This document shows, one piece after another, positions 10,026 to 18,706 of a stretch of DNA of 64,000 nt. Under the pieces are notes generated by a model that was not told the DNA's origin, made no database searches, and worked only from the letters and a program-made list of their open reading frames with translations. Origin of the DNA: an uncultured delta proteobacterium (GTDB lineage: Bacteria; Myxococcota; Myxococcia; Myxococcales; Myxococcaceae); contig CAWCKH010000003.1 of NCBI GenBank assembly GCA_963796055.1, forward strand, positions 288,001-352,000, given 5' to 3'. Position 1 is the first letter of the stretch. Each line of letters opens with the position of its first letter. A program made the position numbers and the translations under genes.

Positions 10026-10769
10026 TCAACCCCCCAGCTCGAGGCGGGCGCCCAGGTCCCCGGGTAGGCCGGCGGCTCGGATCTTCCGCGCTGCACGCTC
10101 GGTGTCGTACGGCACCCGGTGGAACACCAGGACGTCGGCCACGTCGTCGAGCATCGCGTAGCAGGCGGCGGGGTTCCCGTCGCGGGGCTGACCCACCGAA
10201 CCGGGAATCACCAGCCAGCGGTGGAAGGTGGTCAGCTTGATGGGAGTCCCGGGGACGGGCCGGAACGCGCCCACCGAGCCGTCCGCGGCCAGGTGGTAGA
10301 GCGCCGGGGTGTGGGTATGGCCGCAGAAGATCTCCCGCGCCTTCACCGCACGAAGGCTCCGCGCCGCATCGGACGCCGACAGCACGTAGATCCACTGCGC
10401 CGGGTCCGTGGCACTGGCGTGGATGAGCAACCGGTCGCCACGCTCGATGGTCAGCGGGAGCCCGGCCAGGAACCCCAGCTGCTCCGGGGTGAGATGCTCC
10501 CGGGTCCAGGCCACCGCCCGCGCTGCGTCGGAGACCATCGACGGAGGCGCCCCGCGGGTGGCGGCCTCGTCGTGGTTGCCCTTCAGGGCCAGCGCCCCGG
10601 TGGCCACCGCGGCCTGCACCCGCTCCACCACCGCCCCGGGATCCGCCCCGTACCCCACCAGGTCGCCCAGGAAGACGAGCTGCTCTGCCCCCTGCTTCCC
10701 GGCGTGCTCCAGAACCGCCTCGAGCGCCTCGAGGTTCGCGTGGAGGTCAGTGAGGAGGGCCAGGCGCAT
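10026..10769 (-). CDS. Calcineurin-like metallophosphoesterase
   Basis: DLHAN, GDLVGYG, GNHD, GHTH, PGSVGQPRDG. Confidence 0.92.
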   Translation of the reverse strand: MRLALLTDLHANLEALEAVLEHAGKQGAEQLVFLGDLVGYGADPGAVVERVQAAVATGALALKGNHDEAATRGAPPSMVSDAARAVAWTREHLTPEQLGFLAGLPLTIERGDRLLIHASATDPAQWIYVLSASDAARSLRAVKAREIFCGHTHTPALYHLAADGSVGAFRPVPGTPIKLTTFHRWLVIPGSVGQPRDGNPAACYAMLDDVADVLVFHRVPYDTERAARKIRAAGLPGDLGARLELGG

Positions 10770-11014
10770 CGGGTCCACTTTCGTTCCGTCCGGGCTCGGT
10801 GTCATCCGTCTCCGGAACCGAATTCTCCCGTCCTCCTCGACTCTGAGACACCCTGGACCAGGATCGGCAGAAGGAAGGGAACAAGCTGCTCGGGTTCGGG
10901 CTGGGCGTGGGCGCGTGGGGAGTGGCGAGCGGCGTGCTGCTTGGGGCGGTGTGCCCGCTGTGCGTGGTGACCGCTCCGGCGCCGGTCGGCGCCGGCCTGA
11001 GGATGGCCATGCGG

Positions 11015-11272
11015 TCACCGTCGGGTCGGCGCCTTCCGTGGCCATATCTGGGCCACCGCGAACAGCGCCGCGACTGTGATCAGCGAGGCACACAGCACCG
11101 TGAACTCGAACGTGACCGGAACGTACGCGGGGATGGAGGCGAAGGGCGTCCCGCCCACGTTCGGCGGAGGGGACACCGCCGAGGTCCACCAAGCGTAGAA
11201 GAGCATCGTAGTGAGCCCGGTGAGCCCGGCAAAGAGGCAGACGTGGCTCAGCCGCGAGCGGCGCAGCCCCAT
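11015..11272 (-). pseudogene. Fragment of a DUF3341 (ActD-like, alternative complex III) gene
   Basis: AMGLRRSRL...GLTG...NVGGTPFASIPAYVPVTFEFTVL matches the ActD core; both ends are missing and no other act genes are present. Confidence 0.6.
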
Positions 11273-11534
11273 GGCGGCAGGCTGTTCCCGGGTGAGGTTG
11301 GCGACGAATGGTCTTGCTGTCGGGCTCACGCGACCCCCTGGATGCGACGGGCCGAAGCAAGCGACGGGCCATCCCCAGCGAGCGCAAGCGTTCCAGCGCC
11401 AAGGGAGCGTGCGGCGAGGGTCGCCACGAACAACCGCGACAGAGGGTCACGGCTTGCATCCACCTCGCAGCCCGGCGCATCGTTTGCGCACGTGGGCCCG
11501 CGGTCCGCCGGTTTTGGGTCACCGGGCGTCCCCG

Positions 11535-12200
11535 ATGCTCCTCTTCCAGAAGCGCTTCCACGCAGGCCTCGTCGACGGGTCGATCCGCCTCACCTTCCGC
11601 CGCTGGCAAAAACCGCACGTCCGCCCGGGTGGGCGCTACCGTTGCCATCCCATCGGCGTGCTGGAGGTCGAGCAGGTGAACCGGATTCCCCTCGCGTCGA
11701 TCGGCGAGGACGACGCGCGGATGGCGGGCTTCTCCTCCCGGGAGGAGCTGTTGCGCTTCATGGCCGAGGGTCCGGGTGGGCCGATGACACCCGAGACCGA
11801 GGTTTGGCGCATCACCCTCCACCACGGGGGCGACGGCGACCGCGTGGAGATCGCTCTCGAGAGTCGCCTCACGCTCGAGGACGTGGAGACCCTCGGGCGT
11901 CGGCTCCACCGACTCGGGGCCTGGGCTATCCCCACGCTGCGGCTGATCGGCCGGCGACCGCGCGTCGCCGCCTCGGTGCTCGCCCGAAGCCTCGGGCGGG
12001 AGCGTGACCCGTTCAAGATCGACGTCCGGAAGTTGAAGCGTCTCGGGCTCACCCAGAGCTTCGAGGTCGGCTACGAGCTGTCGCCCCGCGGCCGGGCGTT
12101 CCTGGAAGCGCTCCCGCGTCGGAAGCCGGCGGCAGGGCGTACCGTGACGGGGCGCCATCGTCCAGCGTCATCCGCACGTTCGAGCCGACGTCGCCGGTGA
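11535..12200 (+). CDS. ASCH-like domain protein with C-terminal winged helix
   Basis: MLLFQKRFHAGLVDGSIRLTFRRW..P; FKIDVRKLKRLGLTQSFEVGYELSPRG. Confidence 0.7.
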   Translation: MLLFQKRFHAGLVDGSIRLTFRRWQKPHVRPGGRYRCHPIGVLEVEQVNRIPLASIGEDDARMAGFSSREELLRFMAEGPGGPMTPETEVWRITLHHGGDGDRVEIALESRLTLEDVETLGRRLHRLGAWAIPTLRLIGRRPRVAASVLARSLGRERDPFKIDVRKLKRLGLTQSFEVGYELSPRGRAFLEALPRRKPAAGRTVTGRHRPASSARSSRRRR

Positions 12201-12447
12201 GCCTCGCCCTGACCACAATGAGCCGCCAGAAGGGCATCGCGACCTCGCGCAGCGGCCCGACCGCTCGGAACCCACGCGCACGGAGCCCATGCCGTCCAAC
12301 CGCTCGAAATTCCCATGCCGTCCGGGGGGGCACATCGCCTCGACGCAAACGGTGCGGCACCCTTCCGCCCAGGCCGCAGTCCCCGCGCCGGCCTGACCCC
12401 ATTCGCCGGTACAGCGGAGGCACCGCGCTTGCACGACCGCCCCGCCG

Positions 12448-13842
12448 ATGGAGTCCCGACGCCAGGCGGTCCGGACCGCAGCCCCGGCGGGGATCGACCA
12501 CGCCCTGCTCGAACGCTACGGCGCCGTTCCGGTCCCGCGTTACACCAGCTACCCGCCAGCGAACCACTGGGAGTCGAGGTTCGGCGAGGCCGAGGGCCGC
12601 GAGACGTTCCGGAGCGCCGGAGGCCGGCCCGCCTCCCTGTACGTTCACGTGCCGTTCTGCCGGAAGCTCTGCTACTACTGCGGCTGCAACATGCTGGTCA
12701 CCCGGAGCGAGTCGCTCGTCGAGCGATACCTCCGCGCGCTGGAGCTGGAGCTCGATCGGATCACCGCTCTGCTCCCCGCCCGGCCCGAGGTGGTGCAGGT
12801 CCACCTGGGCGGCGGGACCCCGACGTACCTCGACCCGGACCAGCTCGCCCGGCTCGCCGACACCATCCAGGCCCGCCTGCCCTGGAAGGCCGGCATCGAG
12901 GCCTCGATCGAGATTCACCCCGCCGTCACCAGTGTCGAGCAGATCCGCACCCTGGCCCGGCTCGGCTTCAACCGCGTCAGCATGGGCGTGCAGGACTTCG
13001 ACCCGGCCGTCCAGCGCCGCATCAACCGCAAGCAGTCCTTCGAGGAGACCCGGGAGCTCATCCAGGAGAGCCGGGAGCGCGGCTTCGTCAGCGTCAACGT
13101 CGATCTCATGTACGGGCTGCCGCTGCAGACCGTGGACCGGTTCCAGCGCACCCTGGACCGCGTCGAGGAGCTGCGGCCCGACCGCATCGCCCTCTTCGGC
13201 TACGCGCACGTGCCGTCGATGAAGAAGCACCAGCGGCTCTTCGAGCCCGGGGAGCTGCCCGGGCCCGCGGAGCGGCTGGCGCTGCTCGAGACCTCCATCC
13301 AGCGGCTGCTCGCCGCCGGATACGCGCACGTGGGGCTGGACCACTTCGCGCTGCAGGGCGACGAGCTCTGCCGCGCCCGCGCCGCCGGCACCCTCCGCCG
13401 CAACTTCATGGGCTACACCACCTGTGCCGACAGCGACGTGCTCGCCTTCGGCCCCTCCGCCATCTCGGAGGTGTCCGGCACCTACGTACAGAACGCCCGC
13501 GAGGTGCACGACTGGGCCACCATGCTCGAGGCGGGCCGGCTTCCGGCGGTCCGCGGCCACCGCCCGAGCGCCGAGGATCGGGCCCGGAGCGCCCTGATCA
13601 TGGAGCTCTTCTGCAGCCTTGAGGTCGACCTGGAAGCGCTCCGCGCCCGCTTCCCCGGAACCCTCCAGGACCTGGGTGCGGAGACCCGCGACCTCGCCGG
13701 GCTGGAGCGTGATGGGCTGGTGGAGCGGGAGGGCGCTCGGCTCCGCGTCACTCCCCGGGGTCAGCTGCTCCTGCGTACCGTGGCCGCCCCGTTCGACACC
13801 TACCACCGGGCCGACGCCCGGCTACATGCCCCTGCTCTATGA
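12448..13842 (+). CDS. hemN: Oxygen-independent coproporphyrinogen III oxidase
   Basis: PRYTSYP, YVHVPFCxxxCxxC radical SAM motif, GGGTPT, RNFMGYTT. Confidence 0.93.
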   Translation: MESRRQAVRTAAPAGIDHALLERYGAVPVPRYTSYPPANHWESRFGEAEGRETFRSAGGRPASLYVHVPFCRKLCYYCGCNMLVTRSESLVERYLRALELELDRITALLPARPEVVQVHLGGGTPTYLDPDQLARLADTIQARLPWKAGIEASIEIHPAVTSVEQIRTLARLGFNRVSMGVQDFDPAVQRRINRKQSFEETRELIQESRERGFVSVNVDLMYGLPLQTVDRFQRTLDRVEELRPDRIALFGYAHVPSMKKHQRLFEPGELPGPAERLALLETSIQRLLAAGYAHVGLDHFALQGDELCRARAAGTLRRNFMGYTTCADSDVLAFGPSAISEVSGTYVQNAREVHDWATMLEAGRLPAVRGHRPSAEDRARSALIMELFCSLEVDLEALRARFPGTLQDLGAETRDLAGLERDGLVEREGARLRVTPRGQLLLRTVAAPFDTYHRADARLHAPAL

Positions 13843-13934
13843 CCGCCGAATCTTCCGCTTCCTCAACGAGCTCCCCACCGTCCTGATGATCGTCATCGTC
13901 ATCATTGGTGATCGTGAAACCGTTCGCTCGCTGA
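13839..13934 (+). pseudogene. hemJ: Remnant of protoporphyrinogen oxidase hemJ (C-terminus only, frameshifted)
   Basis: FRFLNELPTVLMIVIVI, then after one extra T at ~13905 MVIVKPFAR*; matches the HemJ C-terminal NE.PT...VKPF motif; ATG overlaps the hemN stop. Confidence 0.7.
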
Positions 13935-14024
13935 GTAACCGAATCGCCTGCCAGGTGTTGGACCCGGTGTGGATGAGGGAGTAAGGCAGATTCGTCGAGG
14001 GGAGCCGAGAGCGGGGCACGGACC

Positions 14025-14786
14025 ATGACCAGCCGCTTGAGCCGCTGGACGACGCTGCTGGTCACCTTCGCGGGGATCGGGTTGCCCTGGCTCTTCGCCC
14101 GGAAGGCGCTGGACCCGAACGATCCGGCTGCCCAGGCGGTCTCCTTCCTCCCCGCCCCGTACGCCTTCATCATCTGGGCGCCCATCTACACCGGATTCCT
14201 CATCTTCGCGGTCTGGCAGGCGCTCCCCGCCCAGGCGGGCAACCCACGCGTCGCGGCGATCCGCCCCTGGCTGATGCTGACCGCAGTGCTCAACGCCGCC
14301 TGGATCGGCGCGCTGGCCCTTCGCCATCCGGTCTGGACCGTTCCGATCATCTTCCTGATGCTGGCGGTGGCGATCAAGATGCACGTGGTGGGGCGGATCG
14401 GAGGCGCGAACACCGGACCGGCCGAGGCCTGGCTCCGGCTCCCCGTCTCGCTCTACGTCGGATGGCTGGTGGTGGCCACGTTCGTCAACCTCTCCACCGA
14501 GCTGGCCCGGATGGGGTGGGATGGCTTCGGATGGAGCCCGGTGACCTGGGGAATCTTGATGATCGTCGCCAGCTCGATCGTCGGGCTGGTGATCCGCTTC
14601 CGGCTCGACGACCCGATGATCGGCGCGGCCTTCGTCTGGGCGTACCTGGCCATCGTGGTCCAGCAGCAGGAAGCGCCACTGGTGGCGCTGTTCGCCGGCA
14701 TTGCTGCCGCGCTCTCCCTCTTCTCGCTCTTCGTCCGGGACCGGCAGGCTCCACGCTCGACCCGGAGCGAGTGCGCCGAGGTCTAG
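14025..14786 (+). CDS. Tryptophan-rich multi-pass membrane protein (TspO-related)
   Basis: PAPYAFIIWAPIY, LNAAW, SLYVGWLVVAT..N, FVWAYLAI. Confidence 0.7.
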   Translation: MTSRLSRWTTLLVTFAGIGLPWLFARKALDPNDPAAQAVSFLPAPYAFIIWAPIYTGFLIFAVWQALPAQAGNPRVAAIRPWLMLTAVLNAAWIGALALRHPVWTVPIIFLMLAVAIKMHVVGRIGGANTGPAEAWLRLPVSLYVGWLVVATFVNLSTELARMGWDGFGWSPVTWGILMIVASSIVGLVIRFRLDDPMIGAAFVWAYLAIVVQQQEAPLVALFAGIAAALSLFSLFVRDRQAPRSTRSECAEV

Positions 14787-14801
14787 CCCCGGGGCACGGA
14801 C

Positions 14802-15302
14802 CTAGGGTCGGTCGAGATCCCGCCCGAACCAGGCGCTGCCGTGCGGATTCTCGTTGTAGCGGGGAATCCGCGCGTAGCCCGCCGAGAGGTAGAGCGCCGC
14901 CGCCTCGGTGAGCGGCGCCGCGGTGTCGAGGACGAGCCGCCGGGCCCCGAGGCCCCGCGCCACCTCCTCCACCCCGGCGAGCAGCGCGCGCCCGAGCCCA
15001 CGTCCGCGGAACTCTGGAGCGAGGAAGAAATGCTTCAGCTCCAGCACCCCTGCACCCATCGGCCGGAGGCCCGCGCAGCCCGCTGCCCTCGCCTCGTGCC
15101 ATCCGAGCACCACCGCCGCGCCGGGACCCCGGAAGTCCTCCGGCCAGCGCGAGGCGATCTCGACCTCCGCCGAGGCCAGCCGGTCACGCAGCTCGCGGAA
15201 GTAGGCCTCCAGCAGCCGCCCTGCTTCGGGCGCGTCCGGATCGACGGCGGAGACACGCAGCGGTGGGGACCCGATCGCCACGCCCCGAGGATTAATCGCC
15301 AC
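14802..15302 (-). CDS. GNAT N-acetyltransferase
   Basis: ELKHFFLAPEFRGRGLG, LDT, LYLSAGY, YNENP. Confidence 0.85.
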   Translation of the reverse strand: MAINPRGVAIGSPPLRVSAVDPDAPEAGRLLEAYFRELRDRLASAEVEIASRWPEDFRGPGAAVVLGWHEARAAGCAGLRPMGAGVLELKHFFLAPEFRGRGLGRALLAGVEEVARGLGARRLVLDTAAPLTEAAALYLSAGYARIPRYNENPHGSAWFGRDLDRP

Positions 15303-15354
15303 CGGCGAGCACAGTCCGCGGCTCGGGCGGCGAGAACAGCCCCGGAGCGGCGGT

Positions 15355-16377
15355 TCAGGCCAGCGAGTCCATCACCTCGTCGAGCACCTTCTTCGGTGGC
15401 CGGACCCGCTCCTGGGGCAGGGTGGCCAGGGGCGCATCGGTGACCCCGAGCAGGTCGTAGAAGCTGGGCAGCTCGGTGTTCACGTACAGCACCCCGGTCA
15501 GCACCTCCTGCTGGGCGTGCGAGGTCATGATGCGGGTCACGGCCGCGAGCTTGTCGCGCGGGTCGTACCCCTCCTCCACCTTGCGCAGCTGCAGCCGCGA
15601 GCCGTCGTGCATCTTCACCGAGAGGGTCGTGCCCGGGTCGTACTCCACCGCGATGTCCTCGTACGAGGGAATGAACGACAGCTCGTGGATCGGCTCGTCG
15701 TGGTCCTTCATGTACGAGTACGACTTGGTGGACCCTTCGTGGTCGTTGAAGGTCACGCAGGGCGAGATGACGTCCAGCACCGCCGTCCCCCGGTGCACCG
15801 TGGCCGCCTTGAGCATCGCCGACAGCTGCTTCTTGTCCCCGGAGAAGCTCCGACCGACGAAGGTGGCCCCCAGCTGGATGGCGAGTAGACAGGTGTCGAT
15901 CGCCGGGAGCTGGTTCACCACCCCGGACTTGGAGGTCGAGCCCGCGTCGGCGGTGGCGCTGAACTGCCCCTTGGTGAGCCCGTACACTCCGTTGTCCTCG
16001 ATGATGTAGACCAGCGGCAGGTTCCGCCGGACCAGGTGCACGAACTGACCCACGCCGATGGACGCGGTGTCCCCGTCGCCCGAAACCCCGAGGCCGATCA
16101 AGGTGCGGTTGGCGAGCAGCGCCCCGGTCGCCACCGAGGGCATGCGCCCATGCACCGCGTTGAAGCTGTGCGCCCGGCTCATGAAATAGGCCGGGGTCTT
16201 CGACGAGCAGCCGATACCGGACAGCTTCGCCACCCGCTCGGGGGCGATGCCCAGCTCGTACATCGATTCCAGAATTCGCTCGCTGATCGCGTTGTGCCCG
16301 CAGCCTGCGCAAAGCGTCGTCTTGCTGCCCTTGTAGTCGGCCTGGGTCAGCCCCAGCCGGTTGGTCTTCTCGGCCAT
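15355..16377 (-). CDS. 2-oxoacid:ferredoxin oxidoreductase beta subunit
   Basis: CAGCGH, SGIGCS, VHGR, SGDGD TPP-binding motif. Confidence 0.95.
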   Translation of the reverse strand: MAEKTNRLGLTQADYKGSKTTLCAGCGHNAISERILESMYELGIAPERVAKLSGIGCSSKTPAYFMSRAHSFNAVHGRMPSVATGALLANRTLIGLGVSGDGDTASIGVGQFVHLVRRNLPLVYIIEDNGVYGLTKGQFSATADAGSTSKSGVVNQLPAIDTCLLAIQLGATFVGRSFSGDKKQLSAMLKAATVHRGTAVLDVISPCVTFNDHEGSTKSYSYMKDHDEPIHELSFIPSYEDIAVEYDPGTTLSVKMHDGSRLQLRKVEEGYDPRDKLAAVTRIMTSHAQQEVLTGVLYVNTELPSFYDLLGVTDAPLATLPQERVRPPKKVLDEVMDSLA

Positions 16378-16379
16378 GG

Positions 16380-18179
16380 TTACCGGCCCTCCCGGGCCGC
16401 GATCTCGTCGGTCACGCTGCGCGCGTCCAGCGGCAGCCCGGGGATGTGGGCCACCGGGCGCAGCCTGGTGGTCAGCTCCGCCGGCAGGTCGAGCTTCAGC
16501 AGCGCGGCCAGCTGGCCGTCGCGGTTCTGCTCCACCACGTAGACTCTCGGATGCCGCTCGATGAACGCCTTCACCGCGGGCGAGAACGGGTAGGCGAGCA
16601 ACCGCAGGTAGTCGGTTCGCAGGCCCTTCTCCCGGGTGAGCTGGTCGCGCGACTCGATGAGCGCGTGGTGACTCGAGCCGTAGCCGATGATGCCCACCTC
16701 GGCCCCGGCCTCGTCCACCATCGGCGCGGGGAGCTCCCGCCGGGCGGTGTCCATCTTCCGCTCCAGCCGGTTGAGGTTGTTCACCCAGTCGTCGGTCCGC
16801 TCCGAGTACTGGGCCTTCTCGTTGTGGCCTGTCCCGCGGGTGAAGTACGCCGCCGCCGGGTGGTCCGTGCCGGGCAGCGTCCGGTAGCCAATGCCGTCGC
16901 CGTCCACGTCCCGGTACCGCTCGAAGCCTCCCAGCCGCTCCAGATCCTCCCTGGAGAGCACCTTGCCCCGGGCGATGGGCTTGTCCGGGTACGGGAAGGG
17001 CTCGGACATCCAGTAGTTCATCCCCAGGTCCAGGTCCGACATCACGAACACCGGGGCCTGGAAGCGCTCGGCGATGTCGAACGCCTCCACCCCGAAGCGG
17101 AAGCACTCCTCGACCGAGCCGGGGAACAGCAGAATCTGCCGGGTGTCGCCGTGGGAGAGGAAGGCAGTGGACAGCACGTCGCCCTGCGAGGTCCGGGTAG
17201 GCAACCCCGTCGACGGCCCCACCCGCTGCACGTCCCAGATGACCGCGGGGATCTCCGCGAAGTAGGCCAGGCCGGCGAACTCGGACATGAGCGAGATGCC
17301 CGGCCCCGCGGTGGCGGTCATCGCCCGCGCGCCCGCCCAGCCCGCGCCCACCACCATGCCCACCGCCGCCAGCTCGTCCTCGGCCTGCACGATGGCGAAG
17401 GTGCTCTTGCCGTCCGGCCCCTGACGGTAGCGCCGCATGTAGCCGATGAGCGTCTCCACCAGCGAGGACGAGGGGGTGATGGGATACCAGGTCACCACCG
17501 TGACCCCGCCGAACATCGCCCCCAGCGCCGCGGCCGCGTTCCCGTCGATGATGATCTTCCCCCGGTTGGCGTCCATCCGGCGAATCTGGAACGGGTCCTT
17601 CTTCTCCAGCGAGGACTTCGCGAAGTCGAATCCGGCCCGCGCCGCGCGCACGTTCAGCTCGGCCGCCTTGGCCTTCTTCCGGAACTGCTTGGTGATCGCC
17701 GCCTCTACCTCGCCCATCTCCAGGGACAGGAGATCTGCCACCACCCCGACGTAGGCCATGTTCTTGAGCAGCTTCTTGAGCTTTGCGTCCCCGGTGACCG
17801 GCTGGATCACCTTGTCGAACGGCACCGGGTAGAAGGCGAGGTCGGAGCGGAGGCCGCCGAGCTGCAGCGGCTCGTCGAAGACCACCGCCGAGCCGGGGCG
17901 CAAGGAGAGCACGTCCTCGTGCGCGGTCTCGGAGTTCATGGCCACCAGGAGATCGGTCTCCTTCTTCCGGCCAATCCACCCGTCCTTGCTGGCGCGGATG
18001 GTGTACCAGGTGGGCAGCCCGGCGATGTTCGAGGGGAAGAGGTTCTTCCCGGACACCGGCACGCCCATCTGGAACAGGGTCCGGAGCAGCACCATGTTCG
18101 CGCTCTGCGAGCCGGACCCGTTCACGGTCGCGACCTGCAGGCTCATGTCGTTGATCACCGCCGATGCGGGCTGGCTCAT
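16380..18179 (-). CDS. 2-oxoacid:ferredoxin oxidoreductase alpha subunit
   Basis: NGSGSQS, YPITPSS, QAEDE, GPSTGLPT. Confidence 0.95.
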   Translation of the reverse strand: MSQPASAVINDMSLQVATVNGSGSQSANMVLLRTLFQMGVPVSGKNLFPSNIAGLPTWYTIRASKDGWIGRKKETDLLVAMNSETAHEDVLSLRPGSAVVFDEPLQLGGLRSDLAFYPVPFDKVIQPVTGDAKLKKLLKNMAYVGVVADLLSLEMGEVEAAITKQFRKKAKAAELNVRAARAGFDFAKSSLEKKDPFQIRRMDANRGKIIIDGNAAAALGAMFGGVTVVTWYPITPSSSLVETLIGYMRRYRQGPDGKSTFAIVQAEDELAAVGMVVGAGWAGARAMTATAGPGISLMSEFAGLAYFAEIPAVIWDVQRVGPSTGLPTRTSQGDVLSTAFLSHGDTRQILLFPGSVEECFRFGVEAFDIAERFQAPVFVMSDLDLGMNYWMSEPFPYPDKPIARGKVLSREDLERLGGFERYRDVDGDGIGYRTLPGTDHPAAAYFTRGTGHNEKAQYSERTDDWVNNLNRLERKMDTARRELPAPMVDEAGAEVGIIGYGSSHHALIESRDQLTREKGLRTDYLRLLAYPFSPAVKAFIERHPRVYVVEQNRDGQLAALLKLDLPAELTTRLRPVAHIPGLPLDARSVTDEIAAREGR

Positions 18180-18262
18180 GGACCTCCTCGTCCAGGTGGC
18201 TTGCTGGCTACAGTCGCACCGCGAGGCAAGCCGGGCAAATAGAGTGCGGCCCTCGGTCGACG

Positions 18263-18532
18263 CTAGCGCGGCCTGGACCCTGAGTGCGGCCCGGTCGAAC
18301 GCACGGCCCGGGTGTGCGATTCCCCACGCAACCCCAGCTTGCGTTCGGCCCACCGCGTCGCGCCAAACACCGCGGCCCAGAGCGCGAGCCCGGCGGCCAC
18401 CCGTGGGCCCGCCCAGCGGAGCGCCGGTCCGCGGCGGCGCCGCTCCCGGCTCGCCAGCCAGGTGAAGAGCGCGAGCAGGCCAATCCACACCCCGGTGGCC
18501 ACCGCCCAGGCAATCGCGTCGTCTCGCTCCAT
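18263..18532 (-). CDS. Small hypothetical membrane protein
   Basis: 89 aa with two hydrophobic segments; fills an intergenic gap. Confidence 0.4.
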   Translation of the reverse strand: MERDDAIAWAVATGVWIGLLALFTWLASRERRRRGPALRWAGPRVAAGLALWAAVFGATRWAERKLGLRGESHTRAVRSTGPHSGSRPR

Positions 18533-18706
18533 GCGCCCCGCACGCACCGTGCCACAGTCCCCACCCCCCGGCGCCACTGGTCGTGGGGACGGTGGTACAC
18601 GAGTCCACCTCCGGACCCAGGGGGACGGGCGCTGGTGGACGCCGGGTCGAGCAGCGCCGGCTGCAGAGGACTTGCAACGCACCCGCGATTTGCACGAAGG
18701 GGGGGC

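Noticed and set aside
12260..12325. Short direct repeats (cccatgccgtcc twice, accgctcg twice) upstream of hemN
   Set aside because: Only two copies and no recognisable riboswitch or operator; probably a local duplication
18539..18554. Sigma54-like TGGCACGGTGCGTGC on the minus strand
   Set aside because: The predicted start would fall inside the small ORF and far from the oxidoreductase; cannot be supported
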